From the NCBI RefSeq assembly GCF_006345805.1, contig NC_043004.1, forward strand, positions 48,484,001 to 48,548,000: a stretch of 64,000 bases of DNA, read 5' to 3'. This DNA comes from Octopus sinensis. Lineage: Eukaryota. Positions 13,199 to 27,430 of this stretch are shown here, piece by piece (positions within the stretch are counted from its first letter, which is position 1; each line of letters starts with the position of its first letter). The notes under the pieces are model-generated. The model saw only the letters and a program-made list of their open reading frames with translations, did not search any database and was not told where the DNA came from. The position numbers and the translations under genes were made by a program.

Positions 13199-16100
13199 AA
13201 TAAATACTGAATCACTAATTATGTAGTAACTTATGAGTCACAAGTTATATGGTACCTTAAAACAAGGAGTTGCTGATTATGCAGAACCTTAAAACAAGTC
13301 ACTAGGCAATAACACCTTAAAATACTGAATCACAAAAGTTGTAATAAGGCCTAAACATTTGGAACACTAATTTAATAGTTATATAAACATCTCAAAAGAC
13401 TCAACAAACTTTGCTCAGAACACAAGCTCACTAGCTAAGACCCCACCCCGCTTTAGAAATAATATTTAACTTTAGCTGTATAGGTTTAACAATGTCTGAT
13501 TCTGTTGTCTGCAGAGATAAAAGAATATCTGAAAGCTCCATGAATATATAATGTTGCTGTAAAGTAGGATGTACCATGCCACAAGGCCAAGCAGAACCTC
13601 AAACACTTAGTGCTAATATTTTATAGAAGTCAGCACAAATGGAGCCATATTCAATATTATCAACAACATATTTTCTCACATAACTAGAAACATCAAAGAA
13701 CTACAATTTTAGCTAAGGTAAAAATCCAGAATCTTATTCTACTACTGACACCTACCTATAAACTCTTTTAAAATAGATTTGATATGATTTTGAAAAATCT
13801 ATCAATAATCAGTAATGTAAGAAGAAAAAAATCAATATTGGATCTGAAAGAGTATATATATAACAAGGTGTATTGCTAAAAAACCCACAGCCCGATGAAA
13901 TTTCATGGCTGTTTTCATCTGGCGAAAATCGGTGAATAGAATCTGCAAATATGAATATGCAGTAATGGAAAGGTGAATTCTGATGTTTTGTTTGGGCAGA
14001 GCCCTTCTTTGGAGTAAAAATAAACGTGTATAATTAATGAGGTTAAAAGCTGAATAACAATTAGTTGAAAATAAATGATATATAAAAATTTTAAAAAAAC
14101 TTTATTTAAAACAATGTTTTAAATAATATACTGTTGATATGTCACCCCTCTGTAGCAACTGAGGTTAATGAAAGGGGGCAAATGAGTAAATAAAGATCCA
14201 GGCAAGATAGACAAGTTGTTAGGAGGAGGGTTAAAACAGGGAAGTGAGAGAGAGAGGGAGGGAGAGACCTATAACTGATAGGAGAAAATCAATAGAGAAA
14301 GAGTTGTCTGAAAATAGCTGAGATAGTGTAGGAGGAGGCACAGAGAAAAACTATTATTACTGCTGCTTTCAATAGCAGTCATTGTTTTATTAGAGCTAGT
14401 AGTAGTGGTGGTGGTGGTGACAGTGGTGGAAGTAGTAGTTGTAGTGGTTGCGGTGATAGTAGTAGTTGTGGATGTAGTAGTGGTGGTGGTGGTGGTAGAA
14501 GCAGTAGCAGTAGCAGTAACAACACCCATAGTTGAAGCAGTACAACCAAAGTGGATTTAAAAGAGGGGTAAAAGAAAAAAAAAAAGTGGGGGATTCACCA
14601 CCGACACCACCTCTGAAAATGACAACCTCTGAAAATTCCTTAAGCAGCAAAATTATAAAAAAAAAAGGTAGAAAGAGAATAGAGAGACAAGAGAGGTTTT
14701 ACATCTGAAAACAACAACAACAGCAGCAGCAAAAATGACGTCAGGCTAGCTTCTCCTCCCTCCCCAACCGTCACCTCCCCACTCTCACCAACACCACCTC
14801 ATCCATACTCATACTTAAGCTCCCTCCTGCTTTCTCTATACATCTCTCTCCACATGGATTCATGCCATTTACCAGCCTCCCTGCTATTGATTTTATTTGA
14901 CTCATCCTTCACATACCACAATAGAAGCAGCTTGCCATTTTACCCAACAAAAATAAGAATTATCTACCTAGTCAATAGTGTAGGTTGGAGCCAAGCTATC
15001 TTGCTATATATATGTGATATCTAACAAATATTTGTCTGCTGAAGAAACACACACACACACAGAGGAAAGCAGAGTGGGGGAGATAAAGAATGTTTTGGGT
15101 TTAAGGGGGTAAATATTAGGATAAATCGCTATGACTGGAGAAAAAAAAATGCTTAAGAGTTTGATTAGGACAATCATTTAAAGTTGATAAGTAATGATGA
15201 AACAGCAATAAAGTCTGGTTAATTACTCAAACACCAGAGATTTTTTTCTTCAATGAAAGAATATTTTCTCGTGTAAAAGTAAATATGGATATTTGTAATG
15301 ATAAGTAACATAGGAGCTGTGGAGTTCATTCCTAGCTTAAGGAATAATTAGGTCATTAATTTTTAAAGATTAACACATATGGTTTATTTCTGATTAAGGG
15401 CTTTAAAACCTCTAATATATATATATACAATGTAAAAACAATAAATGTTGTAGAGTGATTAAAGTAACTGTTACTACTCCTTGATAATCCTGTTTCACCA
15501 ACCCACATGACCCAGCTAGCAAAGCAGTACTTGGTGGGGTTGGTTCTTCATGACCCTCCAAGAATAAATACTTGGACACAAGAGAAATAGGTCAGTGAAC
15601 AATAGATACATGGAGAGAGTGGATACACACACACACACAACGTAGGGGTTACAAAGGGATACTTAGAGGAAATATGAGAAAAATGTTGAGATTAAGAATG
15701 ATTTCAGGCAGACTTAAGATACACACGGTGATAAGCCTAATTTGAGAGAAATTAAATGTTTCCAGCAAAATTGTAAAAACGTTAAGGAACTTGTACAATG
15801 TGAAGTTGTATAATTAAATATATGTCTAATTAGTTTTATATTTCCACTATAAATGGTGATTTATATGATATGAAAATTATCAGTGTAAGGGGTGAAAGGG
15901 TGATAATAATCTGTGACTAGAATGGAATTGTTCTGTTAAGCCAGGCTTCAGTATTAAATATCAGAAATAGGGGGAGCTATTGATTTTTGAAAGCATGTTT
16001 TTATTTAAGGATCATCTGCCACTATACTGAATACTGAAGGGTTAAAGTAGATCATCCTCCTCATCATCACCGTTTTAGTTTCGTTTTTGCAAATTGGCAT

Positions 16101-16989
16101 GAACTGGACAGTCAAATGGTCTCTGCCAGGTTTTCTGCATATGGGATACCTGTTTTATCTACCTTAGTGTGACAGAGATAATCCTTCCTGAACAGCAAGT
16201 AGGTGTGATTGCCTTTGTTGGGCATGTTTTTCCACACCTCATCTCTTTGACTGAGCTAAAGTTCTGGATCAAAAACCAAGATTAGGAACCTTGGCATCTG
16301 CTGTGCTTTCAGCTACTTACAGCTCTATATGAATTAGGCAATGCCACTAGAGAAACTTCTATATCAACATTCCAGGGAAATACTGGACATTGAGTAAAAA
16401 GCACTCACTACACTCTCAGAGTAGTTGGCATTAAGAAGGGCATCCAGCTGTAGAAACTCTGCCAGATCAAGATTGGAGCCCGGTGGAGCCACCTGGTGCG
16501 CCAACCCTCAGTCAAAATCGTTCAACCCATGCTAGTAAGGAAAGCGGATGTTAAACGATGATGATGAGGAGGAGGAGAATGAAATGACTGGCCTGTTCTG
16601 GAGGGCTTTCAACTGGTTACAGTATGGAAAACTTTAACAAGTCCTTAGCCTGGTAGTGTTACTGGGAGTAAGGGTCAGCTGAGATAAACTTTACAGGCAC
16701 AGATGTGCACTCATTCAGTGTCCAAACATTGCTAACTTGTGGAATTTTGTTCAATTGCTGTTGTTACATATGATGGCTCTGATTACCAGCAGCACCCATT
16801 CATTATGAAGTTTTCCTCTATATAAAGCAAAAGAGGTAGTGCAGTGGTTGCAAATGAAAGACAAACACTTTCCTCTTCATTCAAGTCCTTTCAAAGGAGT
16901 AGTACTGCCCTCCTCTAACTCTTTTGATACTATCACACCCAAGACTGCCCCTGGTTTTATGATACAGACTTTTACTGTTTTAAGGTGAT

Positions 16990-17300
16990 TTAACCCTTTT
17001 AGCATTCAGATTATTCTGTCAGGCATAATGCTTATTTATTCAAATCAGTTTGAGTTAATCATGCATCATCTCGCTGCTTCACAATGATGTGATTGTATAT
17101 TTTTAGAATGACATTGTAGGGTATGTGTGAGAGGTTTGAATCTGGTCAGTTTGAATATGAAAAATGTTCCTTCAAAATTTCTTATGTCCCAGACACTAGT
17201 ATAATAATAATAAGTTGTTTTACAAAATTTTTTGTTATTTTCAAAATTAACTGAACAAAGGCAATGTACTTCAACAGAAATAGGGTAACAAAAGGGTTAA
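16990..17300. mobile_element. Composite TTAA MITE: family P1 left part joined to a family P2 right end
   Basis: Starts ttaacccttttagcattcag (P1) and ends gggtaacaaaagggttaa (P2). Confidence 0.6.
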
Positions 17301-18110
17301 TAGTGAAAGGTGAAAGTGACAAACAACCTGAGTGAATGAGCCAACTCTCACCATGTAGTACTGGGACATGGAATGAAAGCTAGGAGAAAGTACTGGCCCT
17401 TAAAAACCAGAGTTATCCTGGATCTGTGAGGGTCTGAGACTGGGATATTACAATGTTTTGTATACTGTATCATTACTGTTTATCTGATTCCTAAGTAAAC
17501 ACTCACACTTTCTGTAACTTGTCCCTGTAATGTTCTCACAGTTACTGAATCTGTTACAATAAAAACTAATAGACACAAATATATATAAAAAAAAAAAATT
17601 TATAAAAGTACATCACACTCATCTAAGTTTGGTTGATGAATGCTAAAATTAAAGCAACTTTATAAAAAGTATTTCCAAATGCTTTTCTTTTTTTTTTTGT
17701 TAAATTTTAATAAGAGAAAGCTGTTCTCCCAAGAAAATACTCTTATGAATCATTCTAAAGTTTAGCCCAAAATGGAATTTATTTTCAATTATCGAAAAGA
17801 AATATCTGCAAAACATTTAGGGTTAATCAAGTTTTAAAAAAAAACACACACACACACACATCTAATATTAAAACCATTTTGAGACATAAAGCTAGGTTAT
17901 TTCTAAAAAAAAAAATTATCTATGAAATTAGAAATACATTTTAGTATTCTGATGAGAAAAGAATAAAAAAAAAGGAAAAGATGTTTAGTGTTCAACTGTC
18001 TAGTTTTAAAGGAAAGAAGAAAGTTTAAGACTGAAAACTAAAAGTACATTTGAACCTATTGTCAGTCTGCTGAGGATAGGGTTCTGTTCAGTGAGCTACA
18101 CACAGTGGGG

Positions 18111-18203
<93 letters not shown>

Positions 18204-18589
18204 GCACAAAAGGGAAGTTGATAAGGGACAGATATGTTACATCTGGATTAGGAAGTTTTGATCATTTGGGTTTTCAGTTTAACCCGGCATAAGACATATT
18301 ACAATATGTAACTTAAATAAGTTTTATACGTTGCTCTTCAACAAAGATATACTTTTAATCAACCATAGGGGTACCAAATACTTTAATGTACCATAAAGTT
18401 ATTTATTGAATATATAAATCGCAGGTGTCAGATACCTATAATAAAAAAGCCACTACTATATAATCTTCGACCATAAAAATAATTCATTGTTTTAATGAAT
18501 AAAACAAGTCAAATTTTGCTAATTAAAGGATTCAATAAATACAAAAAAATATTAAACCAATGTGGACATTAGGCTATAGGAGTGGCTAT

Positions 18590-18960
18590 AGGCGCAGGAG
18601 TGGCTGTGTGGTAAGTAGCTTGCTTACCAACCACATGGTTCCGGGTTCAGTCCCACTGTGTGGCATCTTGGGCAAGTGTCTTCTGCTATAGCCCCGGGCC
18701 GACCAATGCCTTGTGAGTGGATTTGGTAGACGGAAACTGAAAGTAGCCTATCATATATATGTGTGTGCGTGTTTGTCCCCCTAGCATTGCTTGACAACCG
18801 ATGCTGGTGTGTTTACGTCCCCATCACTTAGTGGTTCGGCAAAAGAGACCGATAGAATAAGTACTGGGCTTACAAAAGTCCCGGGGTCGATTTGCTCGAC
18901 TACAGGCGGTGCTCCAGCATGGCCACAGTCAAATGACTGAAACAAGTAAAAGAGTAAAGA
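18590..18960 (+). mobile_element. tRNA-derived SINE family A, full-length young copy
   Basis: ggcgcaggagtggctgtgtggtaag (A box)...gggttcagtccc (B box)...gatagaataagtact...aaatgactgaaacaagtaaaagag; near-identical to the copies at 56381 and 57231. Confidence 0.9.
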
Positions 18961-18969
18961 TAGTATTAG

Positions 18970-19136
18970 AGTGTGGCTAAGAAGCTTGCTCCCCAACTAT
19001 GTGGAGATGTGGCATTGTGTGCACATTGGGCAAGAGTTTCCTTTCTACCATAGCCCCAGGTCAACCAAAGCCGTGTGGGTGGATTTGAAAGATGGAAACT
19101 CAAAGAATCCTATTCTGCACGCACGCACGCGCACAC

Positions 19137-19186
<50 letters not shown>

Positions 19187-19550
19187 AAAAGCATATATGG
19201 GTACTGCTTCTTTCAGTCATTTGACAGCAACCGTACTGGGGTACTGCCTTGAAAGTTTTTAGTCAGACAAATGCACCCCAGAACTTTTTTTTGAAGTCTA
19301 TTACTTATTCTATCACTCTCTTTTGCTGAACTGATCAAGTTACAGGAACATAAACAAACCAACACCAGTTGTCAAGCAACTGGAGGAACAACCACAAACA
19401 AATACAGATAAATATATATGAGGGACTTCTTTCAGTTTCCATCTCCCAAATTCACTCACTTCAAATAATAGAAGACACTTCTACAAGGTGCCAAGTAGTG
19501 GGGCTGTACTGGAACCATATGGTTGGGAAGCAAACTTCTTAATATAAAAC
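18970..19550. mobile_element. Partial plus-strand SINE A followed by a reverse SINE A
   Basis: gtggctaagaagcttgctcccc...gatttgaaagatggaaact, then reverse-strand body cttattctatc...ttctttcagtttcc...ccatatggttgggaagcaa. Confidence 0.6.
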
Positions 19551-22512
19551 CACACACACACGTGTCTGTGAGAATTTGTAAATATATCTACATGTGTGTT
19601 TGTGCCTCACAATTGCTTGATAATTGATAAAAATTAAAATACCAACTGTAAGAAAACATCACTAAATTTCTTATATTTTCTAGACTTTCTCTCCACCAGC
19701 AATGTAAAATGATAGTCCAAACTTAAGCTTAGGTAGTCCATGAAGAGTTTTATGACCTGTACAGGATAGAGTATTGTATGTGGTGGACCCAGGAAGTTTT
19801 CCTGTGCGCCTTCTCCTGAAAAAGATTCTGCATCACTGGTCTATAGATGGCAATACAAAAACTATATAACCCAATGAATATAGCTTACAAATGAAGAATT
19901 TACTGCCTACCTTGGGTAAATTTTACAATACTTTAATCAGTCAGTGGGACATAGGTAGCAAGCAAACTTCTCTAAGAAAAATTACACTGAGTACAGATAA
20001 GTATTTTGTACCAAGTTTTACATCTCAACTAAAACTCATGAAATGACATAAGCAAATGCTTCACTCATGTGTATGTGTGTACGTACATGTACAAACACAT
20101 ATAAAACAGCAGTCTGTAATATTAACTAGTTTGTCTTCAAAGATTAATACCATTTTTTTCTGGGTAGAAAACAAACACTAAGAAACCTAAACACACACAC
20201 ATAATGAACATGTATGTATGTTTTCAACATTCAACTCTGTTATATTTGTGAAAACACACTGCATGTGCATTTCAGTTAATTTCGAAAATGATGAATTTAG
20301 TAAGATATGTCATGATGAAGCCTGTGTTTGGAACATGTATTAAAATGCAATTCCGATAAATGATTTAAATCTAGATCACTTTAGAACAAGAAGTTTGTAA
20401 CACAGAACCAAGGACAATCTCAGACAGGTTGGTACCAAAAGGGTTAAAGTCACATGTACTCTTGCATGGAATGCATGGAAGAGGAAGTCAAAAGAAAAGA
20501 TGAGAAAATGCTGGAGAAGTTCAAATTGAAGATCGTTAAGACTCAGAGAAGAGATAATGAAAAAGTGAACCAATTGGTGTGCTCCTTCAATTACAGTCAG
20601 CATGGGAACACCTCATATTAAATGCTAACAGATACATATACATTTGTACATGTCTTATACATTTGTAAACAACTTTCAAGTGTCAGCCAGAAATATATAG
20701 TGGTCGTTAATATTTTTATTAAATAGAAGCCATAGCTATTAGCTATATCGCACAAACTAACATACCGTTGATTTTATATATTGTATGAGTTATATACTGT
20801 AATAAATAGCTACTTGCAAATTCATAATTGATGGAATTTTACTAATTATTTCATAAAGAAATGCAAAAAAATAGAAGAAAATTATTCGAAGATTGACAAA
20901 GTTAAATAGAAGCAGGACAGATGGAAGGGAGAGAAACGAGAAACACATACAGTCTATGTGACTGTAAACACGTGGTTGTTCTCTTATCCTACAACTACTT
21001 TTGGTATATAACTCCCTCCCATGCCTCACTATTACTGTACTTATGGCCCCCAACCAATAAATATATCCACAACATTACAAACAAGCTAATCATGCCTGGC
21101 AATCACAGACATTTGACACAGGCATGACCAGCCAGCCACAATTTCAAAGGCAGATACCATGCACTCAAGGACCAAGTTATTGATTTAATATCTGATTTCA
21201 TTATAATAATCAACATTTTCAGTTGTTCATCTTGTCATTCTAAGAGGAGTTCTGGTACAACTGCATCACAGATGAGTTTGCTCTAGGAACAACAGAAGGT
21301 GTAACCAGACCAACAAAAATGTGTTTTGAGCAAAAGTTATTGATAAGAATCTCATTTTGGTTATCCCTTTGGATCTCAACTACACAGAGGTGGTAGGTCT
21401 CCAGTTATAGTAGTTTATACTACTTGTGTAATATGTAAATAGAAATCACCACAGTAAACTAATCCCTAAGAAAACTGAAAATCATGAAAATATATCATTG
21501 TTCCAAAAATACTTTTGTTTCATCCAAAAAGATTTGAAAATGTAGATCTTTTTGATGGTCACTCATCTAAACAAATTAAATACTGGACTAATGTTTATTA
21601 TGGGAACAAAAGGATGCAACTGTGAGACCTTACCTATCTGCTTTATCTCATGGCACACAGATATATATTTAATTTATTTTGTATGCCAATTCTAGTGAGT
21701 ATCTTCATTTACTATACTCACATGGACCATCACTAATATACCAGTTCTAAACATAGCAATCCATTTACTACATCTATATTAGTTGTAATCAACCACCCTC
21801 TTCTACGTTTGAGGCTATATATTACTTACCCTACATTACGTTACAGCTTTCTTTAATACAATACAAATACACCACTTCCCAAACACAAGAAGCTTATGTT
21901 TCCACTTGCCAAGGTGCTACTATAGTTTTAATAGATTAATCGTAATATACATGTTAATCATTTAAAACTATTTTTGCTGTCTCCTTATAGTTATACACAT
22001 CTATCTTATGTAAATAAACACCTAGTTGTAATTTACATAAGTACATTTGTTATACACCTGTCTCCCTGTTAAGTACCTGTAATATATGCACCCCTCTTCA
22101 CATTCTATGAATACTTCTCTGTAAAATAAGTATTAGTGGGTACCTGTGGAAAATTCACAGGTCATAAACATTCAGTTTTGTAGTTAATTAACCATGGTAA
22201 ACCATATATAAAAGGATTAATTGAATGAAATATATGTTATCATTTAGTAAAAAATATACATAAAATTACACACAATTATATACAAGTCATATGCAATTCA
22301 CACATGAACAGTTAAACTTTCTATGAAGTATTCTTCTTAACTAAACTACCTGTCAGTGTTTCAGCAAAATAGGGATAGTGAAGTATCATGTTCATGTGGG
22401 GTGGGATCAAACCAAAAGATAAGGGACTACCAATTATATTAGTATACACATCCCTCTACATTAAGTACCTGTTTATAACAGGTGTGTTGTGTACTGTTAC
22501 ACACCCACTTGT

Positions 22513-22620
22513 TTCCCTAAGTACCTAATATAGGCACCTCTGCCTATCTTCCCTAAGTACCTAATATAGGCACCTCTGCCTATCTTCCCTAAGTACCTCT
22601 AATACACACCTCTTCCTTCT
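22513..22620. repeat. 36-bp minisatellite (two exact units plus a partial third) within a decayed array of about 22040-22800
   Basis: ttccctaagtacctaatataggcacctctgcctatc at 22513 and 22549. Confidence 0.85.
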
Positions 22621-23026
22621 ATAGTCCTAAGTTCTTTTAAACTACACTTAAGATTTACCACTTTCAACATCACACACTAGTTCATAACAAGAACACTAAT
22701 ATGAACTGCTCTGTATGTACACCCTCATTCTACACATGATTGTACAGGCACCTCTCCTCCAATTCCATAATTTACCTATGTACAACCTCCACTTACAACT
22801 TCATCTTTCACTGAATACATACACCATTAGCAAAAATAATTGATACATATGAACAAGGAAAACTCTGCATGGCCCCTCAAGTAAGTAAAGTAAAAATAGG
22901 AGCCAAATCCCTTTCAATTCTTATACAGGGTCCTCAAAAGATGGAATGTGAAAAACTGGAATGCCTACAAAAAAACGCATGCACACCTCTACCACTATAC
23001 TTTACAAGTTTGTGTGTGTGTATTCA

Positions 23027-23260
23027 TATGGCTTAGTGGTTAGGGTATTGAGCTCATGATTATAAGATTGTGGTTTCAATTCCTGGACCAGGTGTCGTAT
23101 GGTGTTCTTGAGCAAAACACTCTATTTCATGTTACTCCAGTCCACTCAGCTGGCAAAAATGAGTAAATTTTGTAATGGACTAGCATTCTTCCCAGCAGTG
23201 GGAATATATATATATGCCACAGAATCAAAGGAAAACAGACTTATGATCCTTTAGTTTGAG
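23027..23260 (+). mobile_element. tRNA-derived SINE family E; reverse copy at about 4640-4770
   Basis: tggcttagtggttagg (A box), ggtttcaattcc (B box), then cttgagcaaaacact...ctccagtccactcagctg core. Confidence 0.7.
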
Positions 23261-23875
23261 AAAAACCCAGATCCCTTCTAACACACACACACATACACAT
23301 CTGCCTACATACACCTTAGTTACCAAACCATATTTGATTACAAAATTCTGTAGTTACAAATATAGAAAACAAAGTCAAATTACTATTTCTATGTCCAAAG
23401 ACATTGCAATAGATGCCATGTGTATGGGCTCAATAACAAACTAGCTGAGATAAAGCCAACAAAAGGTCTTGGTAATGCTGGACTCATTTCATTTTTCTTG
23501 CTAAGTTTAGTTCTGGTGTTTTACTTAGAAATTGTTATATTAGTAAGTAACGAGGATGATAAACTAGTACATGACTGCACTTTTGGTTTCACAACTGAGT
23601 TCAAATCCCACAAGGACTGCTTTTATCTTTCAAATCTCTAGGGTAAATAAAGTAACCAATGAGTAAGTATATTATTTAGGGTAAAAAATGTAAATATCTG
23701 TAAGGAAAAAAAAAAGCAAATCTGTCGAAAAGTTCTTTAAACTATTTATTCTGCATTATGTTACAGTCACGCCTTTGTCACTACTGCTATCAACTATGCA
23801 ATAAACCAGTGATTTGTTCCCTGAAAACTTTATAACTAATGATGATATGTGTCACTAAATATGATACAAAATAAA

Positions 23876-24107
23876 TTAACCTTTTAGCATTCAGATTACT
23901 TTGTCAAATGTTATATTTATTTATGCACACTATCATAAATTAACCATGCATTCATTATCTTGTAGCTTCAAAATTTTTAGGTTGTGATTGTTTAATTTTT
24001 AGAGTGACATTGTAGGGTAGGTGTGAGAGGCTGGATCTGGCTGGTTTGAACATAAAACAGTGGAATAATTGGGCCAGATATGACCAGTGTAAATGCTAAA
24101 GGGTTAA
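23876..24107. mobile_element. TTAA-flanked piggyBac-like MITE, family P1
   Basis: ttaaccttttagcatt...aatgctaaagggttaa TIRs. Confidence 0.82.
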
Positions 24108-25012
24108 AAAAATTATTCCACTTCTCTCAAGACAAAAGAATCATAACAAAGTATTAAAATGTGATAAAGAGTTTGGTATTTCGGTGTTATTTCAAAAAAA
24201 CTTATCCTGAGGACCTTCTTTTGGTTTCTATTTAGAACATTTTTGCCTCCATCACTACTACTGCTTGGAAAACTACAAATGTAAGAAAATACTAATAAAC
24301 TTTAAAACTTCATACCCCTGAATTGAAATATAAGCTACTTATGGCTGACAACTGAATTTTGCTTCTCAAAGTCAGGAAAAGCATCCAGATGTAGAAATCA
24401 AGACAAGGTCAAAGAGTGCAGTACCTCTCAGATATATGCTGACTCTGACAGTGGGGATCCTTCAACAAATGCCACCAAAAAGATGTAAAACAACAATGAG
24501 GATGAGTCAAGTGAGAAGTGTCTGTCTATCCAAAAGTTTCTGTGTTGATTAACACTGAGAAAGCAGTAAATTGGTGGAGTCATTAGAAAATAAAACAGAA
24601 AAGCATCATCCCAGTCTTCATTCTGGATCCCTTTGCCAAGTTCTAATCCTTCTGAGATCTCTTTACCTTTGCTTCTTTCCAGTACTGGAGTTGATTCTTC
24701 TGCCTAAGACTGTACCTATCATTTGCAAAAGTCCAGCACTACTGCATAGACTCATACTGATTTGGCCAGAGAACAACATTAAAGGTAAATATGACTGTGT
24801 ACTAAGTCAGACACAGTTCAATTTTCTAAGTAGAAATCCAGTTGATCAAACAACCGATGAAGAAATACACCATTAATTTAGTACCAAAATAGAACTTCCT
24901 CTTACAGTTCTTTACCCTCCACATACTCGTTCACTCAGGGGTTTAAACATCTCACCCTTTCATGTTGCCTACTTTGTGATATATTCAAACAGAAGAAAAG
25001 TTCTAAACTATC

Positions 25013-25242
25013 TTAAAGCTTTAGCATTTAAACAAGCCATATCCAACCCAAATATTCAACCTCGTTTCTGTGCAAACCAGCCAGATTCAGCCTCTCACTC
25101 CTTCCTTACAATGTCATTCTAAAAGACAAATTTCCACATTACCAAAACCTTGAGGCTACGAAGATAATGCATGATTAATTCAAGACAATGTGAATAAATA
25201 AACATTACTTTTGACAGAGTGATCTGAATGCTAAAAGGTTAA
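25013..25242. mobile_element. MITE family P1, opposite orientation
   Basis: Reverse complement of the 23876 copy; ends gaatgctaaaaggttaa. Confidence 0.75.
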
Positions 25243-25639
25243 AGAACAACACAAACATTTATGGCTTGGTGGTGTTAAGGATATCATCCAGCTATGCAAA
25301 CAATTGTGCTAAAAGAACATTGTCCCATCCATACCATGGTAAGATGAATGCAACGAACTGGTACAATAATTAGAATGCCAGATAAAATGCTTTGCAATAT
25401 TCATTATGACTCACTGGGATCTAAATTTCAAATCCCTCTGACATCAAATTTGCCTTTTAAATCTTCCAGGGTCAATAAAATAATGTACCAGTTAAGTACT
25501 GGGTTTCATTAAATCAACTAATTACTCGGTCAAATCTGTGGCCTTGTGACTATCTCAGAAACAATTCTTATTATTATTCCCAATTGTTATGAAGACACCA
25601 ATTTTTGAGGTAATGATACAGTTGAACAAATCAACTATA

Positions 25640-27430
25640 GAAATGTTTCTAACATAGGCATAAGGCCAGAAATCTAGGTGAGGAGGTTAGTCAATTAAAC
25701 CAATCTCAACACTTAATTAGTACTTTATTTTATTGAACCTGGAAGAATGAGAAATAAAGTTGACCTCAGTGGGATTTGAACTCAGAACAAAGAGCTAACA
25801 ATTCTGCTACTCCACTACCTTAATAATGATTATTTCCAGTATAGGCACATGGCTTGGAATTTGTGAGGAAGGGGAGTAATTAATTTCAGGGCTTGGCTAG
25901 TACTTATTCTATTGATTCCAACTGGATGAAAGGCAAAATTAGCCTCAGCAGAATTTGAACTCAGAATGTAGAGACAGATGAAATGCCGCTAAACATTTTG
26001 CCAGCTCACCACCTTAATAACAATAATCCTTTCTACTAAAGGCATAAAGCTTAAAATTTTGGGGGATGGGACTAGTTGATTACATCAACCCCAGGGTTTC
26101 ACTGGTGCTCATTTTATTGATCCCGAAAGGATGAAAGGTAAAGTTGACCTCAGCAGAATTTGAACTCAGAATGTAAAACAGACAAAATACTGTTAAGCTA
26201 ATGATTCTGCCACTTCGCTGCCTTAATAGCAATAATAATAATAATCCTTTCTAATGGAGGCACAAGGCCTCAAATTTGTGGGAAGAGGACAAGTCAATTA
26301 CATTGACGCCAGTGTTTCACTGGTACTTAATTTATCGACCCCGAAAGGATGAAAGGCAAAGTCAACATCAGCGGAATTTGAACTCAGAACGTAGTGACAG
26401 GTGAAATACCACTAAGCATTTCGTCCAGCACGTTGACAATTCTGCCAGCTTAATGGTTTCAAATTTAAGCAAAAGAACAGGAATTTTGAAGTGAGGTAGT
26501 TAGACAATACCATTGACCCTAGTAATTGACATTTTATTGACTAGGGAAATGAAAGGCAAAGCAGGCTTCAGCAGGATTTGAAACAGAATGCTTGAACAAA
26601 TATCACAAGGCATTTGTTTTTTTATACTCTAGCAATTATGATGACAATATAATAGTGGTTTTAAATTTTGGCACAAAGCCAGCAACTTCAGATAGAGTAA
26701 GACAATTACACCAACTCCAGTACTTAGCTGGTACTTATTTTATTGACCCTGAAAGGATGAAAGGTAAATTTACCCTCAGTGGAACTTGCAAATTTTTGGC
26801 ACAAGACCAGCAATTTTAGGGGGAGGTAAGTTGATAACATCAATTCATGTACATGACCAGTACTTATTTTATTGATTCCCCCTACCCACCCAGCTACCCA
26901 CCAAAAAAGGATGAAAGATAAAGCTGATGTTGGCAGGATTTACACTCAATAACAATAATAAGCCTTTCTACTGGCACAAGGCCTGAAATTTTGAGGGAGG
27001 GGACAATTTGGAAATCGATTAATGGAAATTGCAGCTGAGATACCAGTGCCGGTGGCACGTAAGAGAACCATCCGAACGTGGCCGTTGCCAGTGCCGTTCA
27101 ACTGGCCTCGTGCCGGTGGCACATAAAAAGCACCCACTACACTCATGGAGTGGTTGGTGTTAGGAAGGGCATCCAGTCGTAGAAACATTGCCAGATCAGA
27201 CTGGGCCTGGTGCAGCCTTCTGGCTTCCCAGACCCCAGTTGAACTGTCCAACCCATGCTAGCATGGAAAACGGACACTAAACAATGATGATGATGATGAC
27301 TGACCCCAGTGCTCAACAAGTACCTATTTTTTTCAATCCCAAAAGGATGAAAGGCGAAGTTGATCTCAGAATGTAAAGATGAACGAAATGCCACAAAGAA
27401 TTTTCATCTGCCATGCTAACGATTTTGCCT
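25640..27430 (-). repeat. Head-to-tail array of about 8 diverged SINE family C units (130-215 bp), last unit interrupted by a family B element
   Basis: Recurring gtacttattttattgaccc-gaaaggatgaaaggcaaag...gaatttgaactcagaa motifs separated by (AAT)n linkers. Confidence 0.85.
27040..27300. mobile_element. Family B element, opposite orientation, nested in the last SINE C unit
   Basis: Reverse complement of the 7591 copy, ending aacaatgatgatgatgatga; SINE C sequence resumes at 27300. Confidence 0.8.

Noticed and set aside
18590-18660. tRNA-like A/B boxes (also at 23030, 37200-37293, 56381 and 57231)
   Set aside because: They continue into multi-copy SINE bodies and lack a full cloverleaf, so they are SINE heads rather than tRNA genes.
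19757-19815. Possible 59-nt minus-strand exon (ttttcag|...cag|gtcata)
   Set aside because: Weak donor, length not a multiple of three, no SSDP similarity.
25640-27430. Regularly spaced repeats resembling a CRISPR array
   Set aside because: Eukaryotic context; the units are whole diverged SINE copies, not identical short repeats with unique spacers; no cas genes.
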